Below are positions 1 through 10,132 of a stretch of DNA of 64,000 nucleotides, piece after piece; within the stretch, counting starts at the first letter, position 1, and every line of letters begins with the position of its first letter. The notes beneath the pieces are model-generated. The model was not told where the DNA came from and did no database searches. It saw only the letters and a list, made by a program, of their open reading frames with translations. A program made the translations under genes and the position numbers. The DNA comes from Cyclobacteriaceae bacterium (GTDB taxonomy: Bacteria > Bacteroidota > Bacteroidia > Cytophagales > Cyclobacteriaceae): positions 26,321-90,320 of the forward strand of contig JBJXEB010000112.1 in the NCBI GenBank assembly GCA_046155095.1, given 5' to 3'.

Positions 1-1
1 A

Positions 2-640
2 AAGGTTATATATGATGCCGCTCATTGTTTTGGCTCGAAATATAAGAATAGAAGTGTCTTTGAATATGGTGATGTTAGTACAACAAGTTTTCACGCAACT
101 AAGCTATTCCACACGATTGAAGGTGGAGCGGTATTTACTAAGTCCCCTGAACTTTTAAAAAGGATGGCTTCCATGAGAAATTTTGGACACAATGGGCCAG
201 AAGATTTTGATGAAGTGGGAATCAATGGAAAGAATTCAGAATTTCATGCTGCAATGGGTCTTACTAATTTTCCTTATATCGATAAAATTTTGAAATCAAG
301 AAAGGAAAAAGGCCTTTGGTATGATGAGGCGCTTTTGGGTTTAAATGTCAAAAAAATAAAATATAACCCATTGTCAGAGGTTAATCATTCATATTATCCA
401 ATTATTTTTCAAGATGAACAATCTCTATTAAAGGCATTTAATTTATTAAGCGCTCATAACATTGGATCAAGGAGATACTTCTTCCCATCATTGAATAACG
501 TTCCTTATGTACCGTTTCAGAAGGTTCCGATTAGCGATGAAGTGAGCAGAAGAGTTTTATGCTTACCCTTATTTTATGATTTGGGGAAAGAAGAAGTAAA
601 ATTAGTCAGTAGATTACTATTAAGGGCTCAAAACAATTGA
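2..640 (+). CDS. DegT/DnrJ/EryC1/StrS aminotransferase, VioA-like dTDP-4-amino-4,6-dideoxyhexose transaminase (5' truncated by window edge)
   Basis: Frame is open from base 2: KVIYDAAHCFG...SFHATKLFHTIEGG (PLP Lys motif), continuing into the ORF-track protein 164..640. Confidence 0.9.
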   Translation, partial: KVIYDAAHCFGSKYKNRSVFEYGDVSTTSFHATKLFHTIEGGAVFTKSPELLKRMASMRNFGHNGPEDFDEVGINGKNSEFHAAMGLTNFPYIDKILKSRKEKGLWYDEALLGLNVKKIKYNPLSEVNHSYYPIIFQDEQSLLKAFNLLSAHNIGSRRYFFPSLNNVPYVPFQKVPISDEVSRRVLCLPLFYDLGKEEVKLVSRLLLRAQNN

Positions 641-644
641 TGTA

Positions 645-1346
645 ATGAAGATTGCAATTATGCAGCCTTATTTTTTACCATACATTGGATATTTTCAGTT
701 GATTAATGTTGTTGATAAATTTGTAATTTATGATAACGTTCAGTTTGTAAGAAAAGGCTGGATAAATAGGAATAGAATATTGGTTAATGGGAAAGATGAA
801 TTTGTTACAATCCCTTTAAAAAAAGACTCTGATTATTTGGATATTGATAAGCGGCAGTTGACCGATACGTTTAACGCGGATGGAGAAAAGATACTTCGAA
901 GAATAAAAGAGTCATATCGTAAGGCTCCTTACTTTGAGCAAGTATTTGCTTTCGTTGAAGATTTAATTAAATACAATCCTGATAATTTATTCTCCTTTGT
1001 ATTTAATGCAGTGATGAAGGTATGCGTGTATCTTGAAATAAATACTGAGCTTGTTGTTTCATCAAGTATTGATGCCGATCATTCTTTAAAATCAGAGCAA
1101 AGGGTTTTATCGATTGTGACAAAAATGAATGCGCAAACATATGTTAACGCAATAGGAGGACAGGAACTTTATTCCATAGAAAGCTTCAAGAATTCTAAAG
1201 TGGAATTAAAATTCATTCAATCTGACTTAATTCCCTACAAGCAGTTTAATAATGAATTTGTTCCTTGGCTTTCAATTCTTGATGTAATGATGTTTAACTC
1301 AAAGGATGAAATAAAAAAAATGCTTCAGGCTTTTACAATTAAGTAA
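645..1346 (+). CDS. WbqC family protein
   Basis: N-terminus MKIAIMQPYFLPYIGYFQLI, WINRNRI and C-terminal LSILDVMMFN are typical of WbqC-like proteins; adjacent to the vioA-like gene. Confidence 0.88.
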   Translation: MKIAIMQPYFLPYIGYFQLINVVDKFVIYDNVQFVRKGWINRNRILVNGKDEFVTIPLKKDSDYLDIDKRQLTDTFNADGEKILRRIKESYRKAPYFEQVFAFVEDLIKYNPDNLFSFVFNAVMKVCVYLEINTELVVSSSIDADHSLKSEQRVLSIVTKMNAQTYVNAIGGQELYSIESFKNSKVELKFIQSDLIPYKQFNNEFVPWLSILDVMMFNSKDEIKKMLQAFTIK

Positions 1347-1349
1347 TCT

Positions 1350-2066
1350 ATGAAAAATGCTTTAGATGAACATGTTAGTGCTTACGAAGGTCAAAGCCTT
1401 TATGATTTTGATAATGATATCTTGCTAAAATGGTATCCAAAAAGAATAGTGGCACTTAACCCTGAAGCAAAATCTTTGTTGGAGTTGGGCTTGGGTCACG
1501 GGTTTTCAACAAGCATTTTTTCCACCACTTTTCCAAGGCATGTTGTTCTGGATGGATCTTTGGCGGTAATCGAGAATTTTAAAAAACGCTATCCTGATTA
1601 CCGAGCTGAAATTATTGAGACTTTTTTTGAAAATTATAAAACAGATGAACGGTTTGATGTTATAGTTTTGGGTTTTATTTTAGAACACGTGGATGATCCG
1701 GTTTCGATTTTGAACCGATTTAAGCAATTTGTTAAACCAGGAGGAAGGATTTATGCTGCAGTACCGAATGCCGAGGTATTGAACCGGAGACTTGGGCATT
1801 TAGCAGGACTACTACCAGATATGCAAGAACTTTCTCGAAATGATATTTTATTAGGCCACAAGCGGTACTATACTGTTAAGACATTGGCAGCTGATGTGGA
1901 GTCGGCTGGATATGAAATCGAAAGGATGGAGGGTATCTACTTGAAGCCTTTAACCACCCGCCAACTTATTTCATTGAACCTTGATATAAGAATTATTCAT
2001 TCACTTTGTGAAGTTGGGATTGAATACCCTGAACTTTCTTGCGGTATTTTAGTTCAATTAAAATAG
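1350..2066 (+). CDS. Class I SAM-dependent methyltransferase
   Basis: LLELGLGHG motif I, FDVIVLGFILEHVDDP, and VPNA. Confidence 0.85.
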   Translation: MKNALDEHVSAYEGQSLYDFDNDILLKWYPKRIVALNPEAKSLLELGLGHGFSTSIFSTTFPRHVVLDGSLAVIENFKKRYPDYRAEIIETFFENYKTDERFDVIVLGFILEHVDDPVSILNRFKQFVKPGGRIYAAVPNAEVLNRRLGHLAGLLPDMQELSRNDILLGHKRYYTVKTLAADVESAGYEIERMEGIYLKPLTTRQLISLNLDIRIIHSLCEVGIEYPELSCGILVQLK

Positions 2067-2069
2067 CAA

Positions 2070-2915
2070 ATGAAAGTACTATTAGTTGGAGGAACATCTT
2101 CTTTTGGTAAAGTGTTAATTCCGGCTTTAAAGGAGGTTGCACAGATTATCACAACGGGTAGAAGTAACTGTGATATTTGTTTAGACTTAGGAAATCTTGC
2201 ACAATCTATTTCTCTTCCAAATGGATTGGATGTTATTGTTCATGCTGCTGCTCATTTTGGAGGTAAAACTCCAGAAGAAATGATTGAAGCAGAGATAGTC
2301 AATGTGGTAGGCACGTTACGCCTTTGCCAGGCAAGCATTAAGGCCAGTGTAAAGCATTTTATTTTTATCTCCAGTATTTACTCGCAGATGAATCCGCAAT
2401 CTAATTATTATTCGACTTATGCTTTGTCTAAGAAACATGGAGAAGAAGCGGCATTATATTGTTGTGACCAATTAGGTCTGCCATTAACAGTATTAAGGCC
2501 GACTCAATTATACGGCAATACAAATGACTTTGGAAAACATCAGCCATTTCTTTATGCCATGGTCAATAAAGCTGAGAAAGGTGAGGATATAGCCCTGAAT
2601 GGAAAAAACAATGCCCTTAGGAATTTCCTTCATGCTGAGGATCTTGCGCAAATTGTTTTACGAGTTATTCAAAAAACTGTCATTGGAGTTTATACTTGCC
2701 AGTTTCCCACTGATACATCTATTTTAGCAATTGCGAAAGCAGCGATTTCTGCTTTTAATAGTACTGGCACTGTGAGTTTCCTGGAAGATAAGGAGAATAT
2801 AGAAAGTAATGTCTTTCCTATTGATGTTACTTTATACAAGAGAATTAATTTTTTTCCGCAAGTGAGCATAGAAGAAGGTATGCGCAGGATTGCTAAAAAC
2901 AGAATTCAGTCATGA
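2070..2915 (+). CDS. NAD-dependent epimerase/dehydratase (extended SDR)
   Basis: GGTSSFG Rossmann motif, YALSK catalytic YxxxK, LRPTQLYG. Confidence 0.85.
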   Translation: MKVLLVGGTSSFGKVLIPALKEVAQIITTGRSNCDICLDLGNLAQSISLPNGLDVIVHAAAHFGGKTPEEMIEAEIVNVVGTLRLCQASIKASVKHFIFISSIYSQMNPQSNYYSTYALSKKHGEEAALYCCDQLGLPLTVLRPTQLYGNTNDFGKHQPFLYAMVNKAEKGEDIALNGKNNALRNFLHAEDLAQIVLRVIQKTVIGVYTCQFPTDTSILAIAKAAISAFNSTGTVSFLEDKENIESNVFPIDVTLYKRINFFPQVSIEEGMRRIAKNRIQS

Positions 2916-3874
2916 AGAATATTCTGGTTTCTGGTGCGAGTGGTATTGTGGGTTACGGTATTCTGCGTTCGTTACGAGCGTCAGGAATGAGATTGAATTT
3001 GATAGGAACAACTATTTATAATGATTCGGTTGCACAAGGATTTTGTGATTTATTTGAGTTGGCTCCTCTTACCACGGACAATGTGTACGTCCCTTGGCTT
3101 TTGAAGGTCATTGAAAAGCACCGAATTGATTTGCTTATTCCTGGAATAGAAGCTGACATGTATAAGTGGAACGAATCCAAAACTGAAATTGAGAAGACCG
3201 GGGCGAAGATAGTCATGAATAATGAAGACCTGATCAACCTATGTTCTGATAAATGGTTGTTTTACCAGACACTGGAGAAAATAGCATCACCTTACGCAAT
3301 AGAATCAGCGCTGTCGGCAAATTATACAGATTTAGTAAACCGTTTTGGATTGCCTTTTTTATTAAAACCTCGAAAAGGATTTGGGTCGAAAGGAATTGTT
3401 AAAGTGAATACTGAAATTGACTTTTTGGGTCACAGCAATTTGATTGGCCCTGTCTTAATGGTTCAACCTATCGTTGGAACAGATGAAGAAGAATTTACGA
3501 CCTCCGCTTTTTGTAATGGGAAGGGTGGTTTCTTTTGCTTTATGACCCTAAAGAGAAAACTCTCAAAAGATGGCTTTACAGAAAAGGCTGAGGTAGTGGA
3601 GCCAGAAGGAATTCAGGAAGCATTGAAAATACTTTGTGATTATTTTAAACCTCTTGGCCCAACTAATTTTCAATTCCGATTGCATCATGAAAAGCTTAAA
3701 CTTCTTGAAATTAACCCAAGAGTATCTTCAGCAACATCTATTCGCAGCTCATTTGGATACAATGAATCGCTCATGTCAGTGAATTATTTCATTAACGGCA
3801 CGGAACCCGATCAACCTGTCGTAAGGAAAGGAAGGGCAGTCAGGTATACTGAAGATTTTATTTTTTTTGCATGA
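2912..3874 (+). CDS. ATP-grasp domain protein (carbamoyl-phosphate-synthase-like)
   Basis: DKW, PFLLKPRKGFGSKG, VQP..G..EEFT, NFQFR and LLEINPR ATP-grasp motifs. Confidence 0.85.
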   Translation: MKNILVSGASGIVGYGILRSLRASGMRLNLIGTTIYNDSVAQGFCDLFELAPLTTDNVYVPWLLKVIEKHRIDLLIPGIEADMYKWNESKTEIEKTGAKIVMNNEDLINLCSDKWLFYQTLEKIASPYAIESALSANYTDLVNRFGLPFLLKPRKGFGSKGIVKVNTEIDFLGHSNLIGPVLMVQPIVGTDEEEFTTSAFCNGKGGFFCFMTLKRKLSKDGFTEKAEVVEPEGIQEALKILCDYFKPLGPTNFQFRLHHEKLKLLEINPRVSSATSIRSSFGYNESLMSVNYFINGTEPDQPVVRKGRAVRYTEDFIFFA

Positions 3875-4554
3875 GAATAGGTTTGGTCTCTGATATTCAC
3901 GGAAATTTTGAAGCACTCCAATCGGTATTAGGAGAGCTAGACAAAATGAAAGTTACCGAGATATATTGCCTTGGTGATGTTGTTGGCTATTATAGCCAAG
4001 TGAATGAATGTTGTGAAGAATTGATAAAGCGGAATATACCTTGCTTGATGGGAAACCATGATTGGTATATGGCTGGAGGAGGTTTTTGCCCTCGTTCTAA
4101 AAGCGTAAATGATTGTTTGGCCTACCAACGAAAGGTGATTAAGGAAAGTCATATAAACTGGCTGCAAAGTTTCCCTGTCCAACGGAAGATAGGTAATGTT
4201 CACATGGTTCATGGCGGATGGGCTGATCCGATTGATGAGTATCTTCGTGAGCCAAACGAGGAATATTTTTCACGGATAGAAGGAAAGTTTTTTATTTCTG
4301 GCCACACACACATCCAACTTCTGCTAAAATTTGCCAACGGTAAAGTTTACTGCAATCCGGGTTCGGTGGGTCAGCCGCGTGATGGTGATCCACGCGCTGC
4401 CTTTGCAATCTTTGAAGATAATAATATTATCTTACATCGTGTGCGATATGATATGCAAAAAGTATTTGATCTTATGAATGCTGTGGGATTTGATGACTAT
4501 TATTATGGTTCATTAAAAACAGGAGCATTTAACCTCACTAAACTCACTTCGTAA
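3871..4554 (+). CDS. Metallophosphoesterase (calcineurin-like, YfcE/MJ0936 type)
   Basis: SDIHGN, GDVVGY, GNHD, HGG, GHTH and NPGSVGQPRDG motifs. Confidence 0.9.
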   Translation: MRIGLVSDIHGNFEALQSVLGELDKMKVTEIYCLGDVVGYYSQVNECCEELIKRNIPCLMGNHDWYMAGGGFCPRSKSVNDCLAYQRKVIKESHINWLQSFPVQRKIGNVHMVHGGWADPIDEYLREPNEEYFSRIEGKFFISGHTHIQLLLKFANGKVYCNPGSVGQPRDGDPRAAFAIFEDNNIILHRVRYDMQKVFDLMNAVGFDDYYYGSLKTGAFNLTKLTS

Positions 4555-4581
4555 TCATTCACAATTAAAGTTTAGATACTT

Positions 4582-5541
4582 ATGTTTAGATGGAAAAAAT
4601 TGGGACAACTATTTAATCCAATAGAATTGGAGCACGATTCTTGGATGAAGGAGTATGCACAAGCTCCGTCTGCATTAATTTTTGATAATTATGTACGGGT
4701 TTATTTTTCATCACGACCACTGCCTGATAGTAATGCACAATATGTAAGCCGTTTGGGCTTTATAGATTTGGATAGAAAAAACCTTTTTAATATAATCAAT
4801 ATTTCCTCAGAGCCCATTCTTCCTCTTGGCTCAAGAGGAACATTTGATGAGTTTGGAACTTACCCAGCATCTGTTATACAAACTAAGGACGATATTCGGG
4901 TGTACTATGCCGGATGGACAAGGTGCGAATCTGTTCCGTTTAATGCCGCGATTGGTGTGGCTTTTAGCGATGACCAGGGCGAAAGTTTTCGAAAAATCGG
5001 GGAAGGTCCAATATTATCATTTACGCCAGATGAACCTTATGTTCTGGGAAGTCCTAAGGTAAGGAAGTTTAATAATACTTGGTATTTATGGTATTCGTCT
5101 GGCAGGAATTGGTTACATAACGATGGTTCCCCACAACCAATTTATAAGATACGCTTGGCACAGTCGGCCGATGGTATTGAATGGACTCGACTGGGGAAAA
5201 ATATTATTGAAGACCGACTTGAAGAGAACGAATGCCAGGCGAGTCCGGACGTCTTCTATTATGAAGGAATGTATCACATGTTTTTTTCGTATCGCTATAA
5301 TCTCAATTTTAAAGAGAAGGGTAGGGGTTATAAAATAGGTTACGCGTGGTCGAATGACCTTACTAATTGGAGCAGGGATGATACAAAAACGGGTATTGAT
5401 GTTTCGGAGACTGGGTGGGATTCCGATTCTGTTAGTTATGGATTTATTTTTGAATTAGACAATCAGATATATATGCTTTATCAAGGAAATGAAATTGGAC
5501 GTTATGGGTTTGGTCTTGCAGAATTGGAGCACTATAACTAA
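4582..5541 (+). CDS. Cytoplasmic five-bladed beta-propeller protein (GH32/43/130-like fold), copy 1
   Basis: Repeating blade units (FDEFG.YP.SV, W.LWYSSG, YKIGYAWS.D...W); no signal peptide. Confidence 0.6.
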   Translation: MFRWKKLGQLFNPIELEHDSWMKEYAQAPSALIFDNYVRVYFSSRPLPDSNAQYVSRLGFIDLDRKNLFNIINISSEPILPLGSRGTFDEFGTYPASVIQTKDDIRVYYAGWTRCESVPFNAAIGVAFSDDQGESFRKIGEGPILSFTPDEPYVLGSPKVRKFNNTWYLWYSSGRNWLHNDGSPQPIYKIRLAQSADGIEWTRLGKNIIEDRLEENECQASPDVFYYEGMYHMFFSYRYNLNFKEKGRGYKIGYAWSNDLTNWSRDDTKTGIDVSETGWDSDSVSYGFIFELDNQIYMLYQGNEIGRYGFGLAELEHYN

Positions 5542-5550
5542 CTGAGAGTT

Positions 5551-6504
5551 ATGAAGTGGAAGAAATTCGGAAAGATATTCGATCCTACTGAGCATGTTTT
5601 GCCTAATAATTGTTTTGGATTTGCTCAGTCCCCACAGACCCTTGTCTTTGATCAGTTTGTAAGAATTTATTTTTCAACCCGAGAGAAGGACTCTACTGGC
5701 AAATTTCTGAGCCATGTAGCGTTTGTTGATTTTGACAAGAGCTTTAAAAACATAATCAAGATCTCTGATGAAACTATCATTCCGCTCGGTGAGCTGGGTT
5801 GTTTTGATGAACATGGTATTTTTCCTTTCAATGTTTTACGTGATAATGGCAAGATCCTTGCCTATACTACAGGTTGGAATAGGAAAATATCTGTTTCGGC
5901 AGATGCATCCATAGGTTTTGCTGTAAGTGACGATAGTGGACTTACCTTTAAAAAGTTTGGTAAGGGACCTATTTTGACAGCATCACTAAAAGAACCTTTC
6001 CTGGTTTGCGATTCTTTTGTGACTAAATTTGACGATCACTTTGACATGTGGTACATTTTTGGAACAAAGTGGATTAATGTTGCAAATGAAAACGAACCTC
6101 AACGGGTATATAAAATTGCTCATGCAACTTCACAGGATGGAATCGTGTGGGCAAGAAATGCAAGTCAAATCATTTCTGATATATTAGATGAAAATGAATG
6201 CCAAGCTTTGCCTTCCGTAATTAAGATTGGAAACAGGTACCATATGTATTTCTGCTTTAGGCATGTTAGCGGCTTTAGAACTGATCCGACAAAAGCTTAT
6301 CGCCTTGGCTATGCATGGTCAAATGATCGTATTCATTGGATTCGTGATGACCAACATTCGGGTATAGGCGTTTCCGAAGGAGGATGGGACTCTGAGATGA
6401 TGTGTTATCCACATGTTTTTCATTTCAATGACAATATATGGATGTTGTATAATGGAAACGAGTTTGGCAAATTTGGATTTGGTCTTGCACAATTAGAGCA
6501 ATAA
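5551..6504 (+). CDS. Cytoplasmic five-bladed beta-propeller protein, copy 2 (paralog of 4582..5541)
   Basis: Colinear motifs with the upstream gene (MKWKKFGKIF, FDEHG, ENECQA, YRLGYAWSND, YNGNEFGKFGFGLAQLE). Confidence 0.6.
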   Translation: MKWKKFGKIFDPTEHVLPNNCFGFAQSPQTLVFDQFVRIYFSTREKDSTGKFLSHVAFVDFDKSFKNIIKISDETIIPLGELGCFDEHGIFPFNVLRDNGKILAYTTGWNRKISVSADASIGFAVSDDSGLTFKKFGKGPILTASLKEPFLVCDSFVTKFDDHFDMWYIFGTKWINVANENEPQRVYKIAHATSQDGIVWARNASQIISDILDENECQALPSVIKIGNRYHMYFCFRHVSGFRTDPTKAYRLGYAWSNDRIHWIRDDQHSGIGVSEGGWDSEMMCYPHVFHFNDNIWMLYNGNEFGKFGFGLAQLEQ

Positions 6505-6524
6505 CTATTTTATAAAATTGAAAT

Positions 6525-7265
6525 ATGGAATCAAGGGATTACAATAAGGAGGCAAAGAACACAAAAGATCATAAGTATGGGTACAGTTTTGATTATGATG
6601 TAATGCATCCCTTTATGCTAAAGTCTTTTGAACCTTTCTTTAGAGAAGGTAACTTTCTTGAGTTGGGAAGTTATCAGGGTGAATTTACTAAGCGTTTTTT
6701 GTCGCGATTTAATGACGTAACCTGTGTGGAAGCATCAGATGAAGCTATCGCGGTAGCCAAAAGAGAGTTTGGTTCTAAGGTGAAATTTATTAACTCGCTT
6801 TTTGAGACAGCTCAACTTCCTGTAAAGTATGATAATATAATCCTTACCCATGTCTTGGAACACATTGATGATCCCATTGCCGTATTAAAGAGGATTAATG
6901 ATGAATGGCTAAGCAAAACAGGGCGTTTCTTTTTAGTTTGCCCAAATGCTAATGCTCCTTCAAGACAAATTGCTGTTAAGATGGGATTGATTAGTCACAA
7001 CACTGCTGTCACTCCAGCAGAAAAGGCGCATGGTCACAGAATTACGTATACTTTGGATACTTTAGAAAGAGATGCAAAGGCAGCCGGGCTAAATGTGGTT
7101 TATAGATCGGGGATTTTTTTTAAAGCTCTGGCGAACTTTCAATGGGACCGCTTATTGAGCACAGATATTATTTCTCCAGCTTATTTAGAAGGATGCTTCC
7201 AGCTTGGACAGCAATATCCAGATATGTGTTCAAGCATTTTTCTTTTATGTGAAAAGGGCAAGTGA
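6525..7265 (+). CDS. Class I SAM-dependent methyltransferase (paralog of 1350..2066)
   Basis: FLELGSYQG, YDNIILTHVLEHIDDP, CPNA, and H...YT..TL shared with 1350..2066. Confidence 0.85.
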   Translation: MESRDYNKEAKNTKDHKYGYSFDYDVMHPFMLKSFEPFFREGNFLELGSYQGEFTKRFLSRFNDVTCVEASDEAIAVAKREFGSKVKFINSLFETAQLPVKYDNIILTHVLEHIDDPIAVLKRINDEWLSKTGRFFLVCPNANAPSRQIAVKMGLISHNTAVTPAEKAHGHRITYTLDTLERDAKAAGLNVVYRSGIFFKALANFQWDRLLSTDIISPAYLEGCFQLGQQYPDMCSSIFLLCEKGK

Positions 7266-7290
7266 CCTTTAACTATAGTTGACTTTATAT

Positions 7291-8229
7291 ATGAAGGATT
7301 TTTTGGTAACAGTTGTCGTTTGGACATACAATCATGGTGAATTTATCGAGGAGGCATTGAACGGAATTATTAATCAGCAGCGGGACTTTGAGCTTGAGGT
7401 CATAGTAGGTGATGACTTCTCAACCGATGGTGCGAGGGAAATCATTACTGGGTTTTCAGAAAAATATAGCTTTATCAAACCACTTCTGCCTGATAGAAAT
7501 TATGGGCCTAATGAAAATGTTAAACAGACCTTGCTTGCGAGTCGTGGAAAATATATAGCTTTTTTGGATGGAGATGATTACTGGTGTGATAATTTTAAGC
7601 TACAAAAGCAGGTCGATTTCATGGAAAGAAACAATGAGGTTAATCTTTGTTTTAATAATGTAAGAATAATCGGCAGAGGTGAAGCTGAAAGTATGGCGTA
7701 TTTACCATCAAGAAAAAAATATATTGATTGTTATGATTTAATTCAAGGAGACTTTACACACACCAATGCAACAATAGTAAGGAACAGTAAGGGATTATTT
7801 GATCCAGTAATCAATAATCAATTACCTGGCTCTGATACAGTGTTATTTCTCCTGCCATTAATAAAAGGAGGTGTAGGGTATTTTTTTTCTGAAATAATGT
7901 CGGTTTATAGAGTTCATAGAGGAGGGGTCTTTTCTATGAAATCTGTTCATCAGCGGTATAAGCAAGGCATTAAAGACATGTCTATTTTAAAAGAATATTT
8001 TAATGATAAAAAATTCAAATCAGCCTTTCTCAAAGCTCGCGCGGATATGTATCTTCAATATTCAATTGAGTTCGCAATGAATAGAAGTTTATTAAAGTTC
8101 ATTTTCTTTCATGTGAAATTTGTTTGGGTAAGTTTAAGAAGGCTAGATTTTGTTAAAGCGTTTTATCCTTATTATGTTTTCATCATGAGTTTTACAAGAA
8201 GGCAAGGCTTGCGACAAAATTTAAAATAG
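7291..8229 (+). CDS. Glycosyltransferase family 2
   Basis: TYNH, DDFSTDG, GKYIAFLDGDDYW, and KLQKQV; ATG at 7291 preferred over the TTG at 7279. Confidence 0.9.
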   Translation: MKDFLVTVVVWTYNHGEFIEEALNGIINQQRDFELEVIVGDDFSTDGAREIITGFSEKYSFIKPLLPDRNYGPNENVKQTLLASRGKYIAFLDGDDYWCDNFKLQKQVDFMERNNEVNLCFNNVRIIGRGEAESMAYLPSRKKYIDCYDLIQGDFTHTNATIVRNSKGLFDPVINNQLPGSDTVLFLLPLIKGGVGYFFSEIMSVYRVHRGGVFSMKSVHQRYKQGIKDMSILKEYFNDKKFKSAFLKARADMYLQYSIEFAMNRSLLKFIFFHVKFVWVSLRRLDFVKAFYPYYVFIMSFTRRQGLRQNLK

Positions 8230-8278
8230 GTTAGTAAGTTTCATTGTAAAATAAACAATTTTTTAACTACTATTAAGT

Positions 8279-10132
8279 GTGTGTGGTATTAGTATTTCAA
8301 TTAGTAGGCATAATGATCCTATAAGGAATGGATTCATTCGATCATTTAACGATAAAGTTGCGCACCGTGGCCCAGACGATGAAGGATTTTATTTTGGTAA
8401 TAATTTCGCATTTGGCCACAGGCGACTTTCTATCTTGGATTTGAGCAAAGCAGGCCATCAGCCTATGCAGCGCAATCATCTAATCATTACCTACAATGGT
8501 GAAATTTATAACTATATAGAACTTAGAGATGAACTTGCCTTACTTGGTCATACCTTTAAGTCAGCCACAGATACAGAAGTTATTCTGGCAGCCTACGAAC
8601 AATGGGGAATAGATTCGTTTGCTAAGCTCAATGGCATGTGGGCATTTGCCATTTACGATTCATCAAAAGATGAAATCATTTTTAGCCGGGATCATTTTGG
8701 AATAAAGCCACTATATTTTGCCAAAACCAAATCCTTCTTCATGGCTGGTTCTGAAATAAAACAGTTTACTACTATAGAAGAATTTAAGCCGATTTTAAAC
8801 AAAGAGGTAGCGATTAACTTTTTGATTCAAGGACTACAGAATTATTCTGATGATACTTTTTTCGAAGGTGTGAAGGAATTATTAGGCGGACATTACATGG
8901 TGTATAGCCTTTCTACTCATAATTTCGCTATTAAGAAATGGTACGATTTAAGTAAATCCGCTAAGAAAATTTATGATAAATATGAAAATGTGGTTGCTGA
9001 AGTCAGACGGCTTTTTGAGAATAGTGTACGGATAAGAATGCGATCTGATGTAACGGTTGGAAGTTGTCTTTCAGGTGGCATTGATAGCTCCTCTATCGTA
9101 ACAATTATACATAGCCAGAAAATGGCCAATAGGGATTTTGTCACAGTGACCTCTTGCTATGATGATAAGAAATATGATGAACAAGAATACAGTGATATCG
9201 TTACCAGTAAGACTGGATTCAAAAATTCAAAAACTTATCCCCAATTGAATCATTTATGGGACGAAAAACACCTTGATAAAATGATTTATCATCAGGATCA
9301 ACCCTTTAGTGGGGCTTCTTGCTATTCAGAGTTTAAAGTTTTTGAAAATGCTCGGAATAATAATGTGATTGTGATGCAAGACGGTCAGGGTGCAGACGAA
9401 TACCTGTGTGGCTATGATGAATTTTTTATGATACGTGTGAATGAAATGTTCGATTCATTTCATTGGTTTGGTGCGTATCGACTTTTAAAACTTCGCTCTA
9501 CTTTCAAAGACACATCATTCATTCATGAATTTCAATCGTTCTTGAATTTAAAGTATATTTATAAATTAAAAAGAATTGTTAAAAAGATAATAGGTATTAA
9601 TGGATACACTTGGTTACAACATGATTGGAGTAAAGAGGTGAGTAGTAAACTTGTTAACCTTGATGAAAATAGAGTTAGAGAGTTGAGCATTACTGAGTTA
9701 CTGCGTTCAAGCATTCCTTTTCAACTGCACTCAGAAGATAGAAATTCTATGATGTTTTCCGTTGAATCTAGACTTCCATTTTTAGATCCTAGACTAGTTG
9801 AGTATTGCGTTGGCCTACCATCCTCTTACAAAATTAAAAACGGTTATTCAAAAGCCGTTTTGCGAGATGCTGTTACTGAATTACCAGATGAGATTAGGCA
9901 ACGGAAAAAGAAAATGGGATTTGTAGCTCCTGATTCGCAATGGATATTGGATAACAAAGATCGAGTGAGGGAAGATTTGAAAGAAGCAATTGGCTCAACA
10001 GGTATTTTCTCAAATGAATTACTTGAACGATTTGATAGATTTGTTTCGGGTGAATTGAAGTATGAGAATATTTATTTTAGAGCTATGACATTAAAGCGAT
10101 TTTTAGATATTTTTAAAGTTAGAATCAGCTAA
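8279..10132 (+). CDS. asnB: Asparagine synthase-like (AsnB/WbpS-type) glutamine amidotransferase
   Basis: N-terminal MCG (Ntn Cys), HRGPD, GHRRLSILD, NGEIYNY, RDHFGIKPLY, LSGGIDSS, and ESRLPFLD. Confidence 0.9.
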   Translation: MCGISISISRHNDPIRNGFIRSFNDKVAHRGPDDEGFYFGNNFAFGHRRLSILDLSKAGHQPMQRNHLIITYNGEIYNYIELRDELALLGHTFKSATDTEVILAAYEQWGIDSFAKLNGMWAFAIYDSSKDEIIFSRDHFGIKPLYFAKTKSFFMAGSEIKQFTTIEEFKPILNKEVAINFLIQGLQNYSDDTFFEGVKELLGGHYMVYSLSTHNFAIKKWYDLSKSAKKIYDKYENVVAEVRRLFENSVRIRMRSDVTVGSCLSGGIDSSSIVTIIHSQKMANRDFVTVTSCYDDKKYDEQEYSDIVTSKTGFKNSKTYPQLNHLWDEKHLDKMIYHQDQPFSGASCYSEFKVFENARNNNVIVMQDGQGADEYLCGYDEFFMIRVNEMFDSFHWFGAYRLLKLRSTFKDTSFIHEFQSFLNLKYIYKLKRIVKKIIGINGYTWLQHDWSKEVSSKLVNLDENRVRELSITELLRSSIPFQLHSEDRNSMMFSVESRLPFLDPRLVEYCVGLPSSYKIKNGYSKAVLRDAVTELPDEIRQRKKKMGFVAPDSQWILDNKDRVREDLKEAIGSTGIFSNELLERFDRFVSGELKYENIYFRAMTLKRFLDIFKVRIS

